DNA of 29,390 bases, from positions 1 to 29,390 of the forward strand of contig DATFGJ010000457.1 of the NCBI GenBank assembly GCA_035249585.1, in the 5' to 3' direction. Source of the stretch: Lacipirellulaceae bacterium. GTDB taxonomy: Bacteria > Planctomycetota > Planctomycetia > Pirellulales > Lacipirellulaceae. Under the pieces are notes generated by a model, which saw only the letters and a list, made by a program, of their open reading frames with translations, ran no database searches and was not told the DNA's origin. Shown piece by piece: positions 26,754 to 29,390 of the stretch. The position numbers and the translations under genes were made by a program. Numbering within the stretch: position 1 is the first letter of the stretch; each line of letters begins with the position of its first letter.

Positions 26754-29321
26754 CTATTCGGCATGCTTCAACGGAAGTCGCAATATCGTCAGTGAGTAGC
26801 GAGGGAACTCATATTCGAATTCCGGAGCCGCAATATCCACGGCCTCTTCCTTTGGAACGACTTGATCCGGCTCATCGAGACTGTTGTTGTCCTCAAGGCT
26901 TCTCGAGTGAAGCACAAGGATCATTGCCTGCTTCTCAAAACCGATGGCGCCATCGAGGCGGACCTGCGCCCGCAGCGGTTCCGGTGCAATGTTGATCGCC
27001 TTGACGATTAAGTCGCCGCCTGTGTCGTCGCGACCCGCGTTGACGAAAAAAGTTTCGGGCGGCGTCGATTCGACGTTGTGAACCAACTCGCCGTCCAAAA
27101 AGCAGCGGATGCGGTTTCCCACGAGCTCGATCTTGATATCGTACCAGCGATCCGACTCGATTCGTCCGCTAACGGGCCGGCCAACCGGCGTCTGATTCAA
27201 TTCAATCGCGTGCTGCGAATTCCCCCAGCCTCCGAGGTTCCACCAGTAACGCTCACCGCCCTTGCGGCCAAAGACGATGAGAAAACCTTCATTTCCGCTC
27301 GACTTGCGCGCCTTGAGCGAAAGCGTGTAATTCGACCAGGAATCGTCGCCGAAATAACTCAGCCCATAACCTTCGCGATCCTGGCGATAGACGCCGTCTT
27401 GAACGCTCCACGCAGTACGGCGCGAGCGACGTCCGGCTTCTGGCTGCCAACGTTCTGCTTCCTCCGAGAAATCCGATTCATAGAGCACTTCGCCGGCGCG
27501 CTCAACGCGAATCTCCTTGAACTCGGCCGTCGCCGCCCAGGTGCCAACGCCGATCTGCCCGGCGATGATCGGCGGCTCGACGTTCGCGAACTCCACATGC
27601 GCTTTTACCATCTGGTCCGGTCGATTCGCGCCGAAAAGCTTCCAGAGGTAATAGGATGCCGTGCCGAAGACGCGCGTGCCGTCGAAGTAGATCATCGCGT
27701 GCCACGGCGGCGGGGCACCGGTAAGCGCCGTGCGCCCGTCAATATGCGCCAGCAGCGGCGCGTAGGAGACCATGTGCACCGTGTCGGCGTTCCGCTCGCA
27801 GCCCATCAAGAACACGCCCTCGGCCAAAGCCGCCAGCAGGTTTCCGCGCAAGGGCCCAGCGTCGCCGGAGGTCACGGCCACTTCGCCCAAGTAAAGCGGC
27901 GGTAAGCTGCGATCCCGCTCATCATATTCATTGAATCGCTGCAGGAACCAGCGCGGGTTCTGGTAATAGTGGCGGTCCACAATATCGAACGTTGCGCCCT
28001 TCATCGATTCGTCGCTCGTCCACGACAGGTCGGCGATGTACTTCAACTGGCGATGTTTCGCCTTGAGCGCATCATGGATAAAGATGTAGCGATCGCGCAG
28101 CTCCGGCCCCTGATTCTCATTGCCGATCTCGACATATTTCAAATCGAACGGCGCTGCGTGGCCAGCCGCCGCTCGCTTGGCGCCCCACCTTGAATCGGCT
28201 GGACCATTGGCATACTCGACGAGATCAAGAAAGCTGTCGCGGACCCAGCCCATCTCTTCCATGGGCACGGTCTCGCCGCGCGAGCGGCGGAAGATGCACG
28301 TTTGGCCGCAGAAACCGACCCACAGCGGCTCCGCGCCGAGGTCTTCAAAAAACTGCAGGTACTCGTGCAGTCCTACGCCATGCGTGCGGCGATAGTTCCA
28401 CGGTCCCCAGCGCTCGGGCCGATTCTCCACCGGTCCGATCGTGTCTTTCCAGTTGTAGGCCGTTTCCAACGTGCCGCCTTCCACGATGCAGCCACCCGGA
28501 AATCGCACAAAGCCCGGTTTCAAGTCGGAGATCATTTGAGCGATGTCAGGCCGCATGCCATTCGGACGGCCATTCCAAGTTCGCGCCGGAAAGAGCGAGA
28601 CGAAATCAAGCCACACGCTGCCTGTCGCGCCGGCAAGAATCACCAGCCGCGCTTTGCTTTCGGTTTTCGCTGCAACGAGTTCGGCTTTGTATTGCTTCCA
28701 TTCGCTGCTGAAGTCTTCGAAGGTCACACTATTCGAACAAGGATTCCCATCCGCATCTTCGAGGCGCGCGGTGAGCGGCCCGTTAAACTCGCCACCAATG
28801 CGCACGTAAAGGGACAGCCGATACGTCTCGCCCTCGCGTAACCCGATGCCGAAGAATCCGTCGTTTGCTACACCGATTCGCCCGTCGGCCAGCTTTTCGA
28901 CGTCGAGTCGTAAACAGTATGCCGATTCCTTCGTGATCCCGCCGCTGGTGTCCAAATTGATCGCGCCAGCGGCCTCACCGGTGCGAATTAGCGACCAGAA
29001 CGGCAAGCGACCGATCTTGTAGCCGAATTCATCGACTCCGGCGGGAAAGCCGTTCGCATCCAGCCAGCGGCCGCCGCGCAGCTCGTAGCCTTCCGGTGGG
29101 CGGCCGTCTTCAAACGCTCGGTTGCGAACGAGCTCGGCATACAATCCGCCATCCACGCCATGATTGATCTCCTCGAGGAACACGCCGTACAGCCGCGGAT
29201 TGACGCGCGGCCCCGCGGCCGAGGTGTCGATCGTAACTAGCGCGTCCTTAGCCGACGTAATGCCGCACAGCAGAAGACCGATCACGGCGGTCAGGCGGAG
29301 AATTTTGGAAGAGATGGACAT
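26754..29321 (-). CDS. GH51 alpha-L-arabinofuranosidase with an inserted beta-sandwich domain
   Basis: Signal peptide; YGVFLEEINHGVDGGLYAELVRNRAFE, RFPGGC, acid/base EIGNEN, nucleophile YLGEVA, MVSYAPL. Confidence 0.93.
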   Translation of the reverse strand: MSISSKILRLTAVIGLLLCGITSAKDALVTIDTSAAGPRVNPRLYGVFLEEINHGVDGGLYAELVRNRAFEDGRPPEGYELRGGRWLDANGFPAGVDEFGYKIGRLPFWSLIRTGEAAGAINLDTSGGITKESAYCLRLDVEKLADGRIGVANDGFFGIGLREGETYRLSLYVRIGGEFNGPLTARLEDADGNPCSNSVTFEDFSSEWKQYKAELVAAKTESKARLVILAGATGSVWLDFVSLFPARTWNGRPNGMRPDIAQMISDLKPGFVRFPGGCIVEGGTLETAYNWKDTIGPVENRPERWGPWNYRRTHGVGLHEYLQFFEDLGAEPLWVGFCGQTCIFRRSRGETVPMEEMGWVRDSFLDLVEYANGPADSRWGAKRAAAGHAAPFDLKYVEIGNENQGPELRDRYIFIHDALKAKHRQLKYIADLSWTSDESMKGATFDIVDRHYYQNPRWFLQRFNEYDERDRSLPPLYLGEVAVTSGDAGPLRGNLLAALAEGVFLMGCERNADTVHMVSYAPLLAHIDGRTALTGAPPPWHAMIYFDGTRVFGTASYYLWKLFGANRPDQMVKAHVEFANVEPPIIAGQIGVGTWAATAEFKEIRVERAGEVLYESDFSEEAERWQPEAGRRSRRTAWSVQDGVYRQDREGYGLSYFGDDSWSNYTLSLKARKSSGNEGFLIVFGRKGGERYWWNLGGWGNSQHAIELNQTPVGRPVSGRIESDRWYDIKIELVGNRIRCFLDGELVHNVESTPPETFFVNAGRDDTGGDLIVKAINIAPEPLRAQVRLDGAIGFEKQAMILVLHSRSLEDNNSLDEPDQVVPKEEAVDIAAPEFEYEFPRYSLTILRLPLKHAE

Positions 29322-29390
29322 CAACGGCACGCGCGAGCTTGTCGGACCGGCGCTGCAACCAGTCAGTTACGTGCCATCTTTTATATCCAC

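Noticed and set aside
27060-27560. Inserted beta-sandwich in GH51 as a novel architecture
   Set aside because: To my knowledge similar insertions are common in large secreted GH51 enzymes.

Overview
GC-rich bacterial window, most likely Planctomycetota (Pirellulales-like). This is inferred from a DUF1559 prepilin-type gene, a CRTAC1/ASPIC-UnbV gene, small 'RFSLRTLL'-type membrane ORFs and characteristic intergenic palindromes; no database search was run. Left (1-8400): a 5'-truncated GH39 glycosidase fused to an HEXXH zincin domain, an S9 peptidase, and then a ~3.1 kb block (thioredoxin-like gene, a decayed and a small membrane gene, a secreted MetX-like hydrolase). That block is bracketed by a diverged duplicate of the S9 gene's last 159 bp and followed by a VapBC-type toxin-antitoxin pair. 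Centre (8445-17421): two divergent gene pairs, a membrane pentaheme cytochrome-TPR gene with CRTAC1 on one side and DUF1559 with a secreted AhpD-like gene on the other. Each pair is headed by one of two paralogous small secreted proteins sharing SCGDWLxH, PCxGPxC and a terminal HPPRA, which are candidate leader/arrest-peptide regulators and the most interesting signal here. Right (17508-29321, minus strand): an arabinose-glycan locus (GH51, GH127/146, sodium:solute symporter, a tandem active+dead zincin protein, a DUF5695-like protein). Several palindromic repeat families occur, two of them carrying the same 24-nt insert. No rRNA, tRNA, CRISPR, integrase or transposase was recognised.
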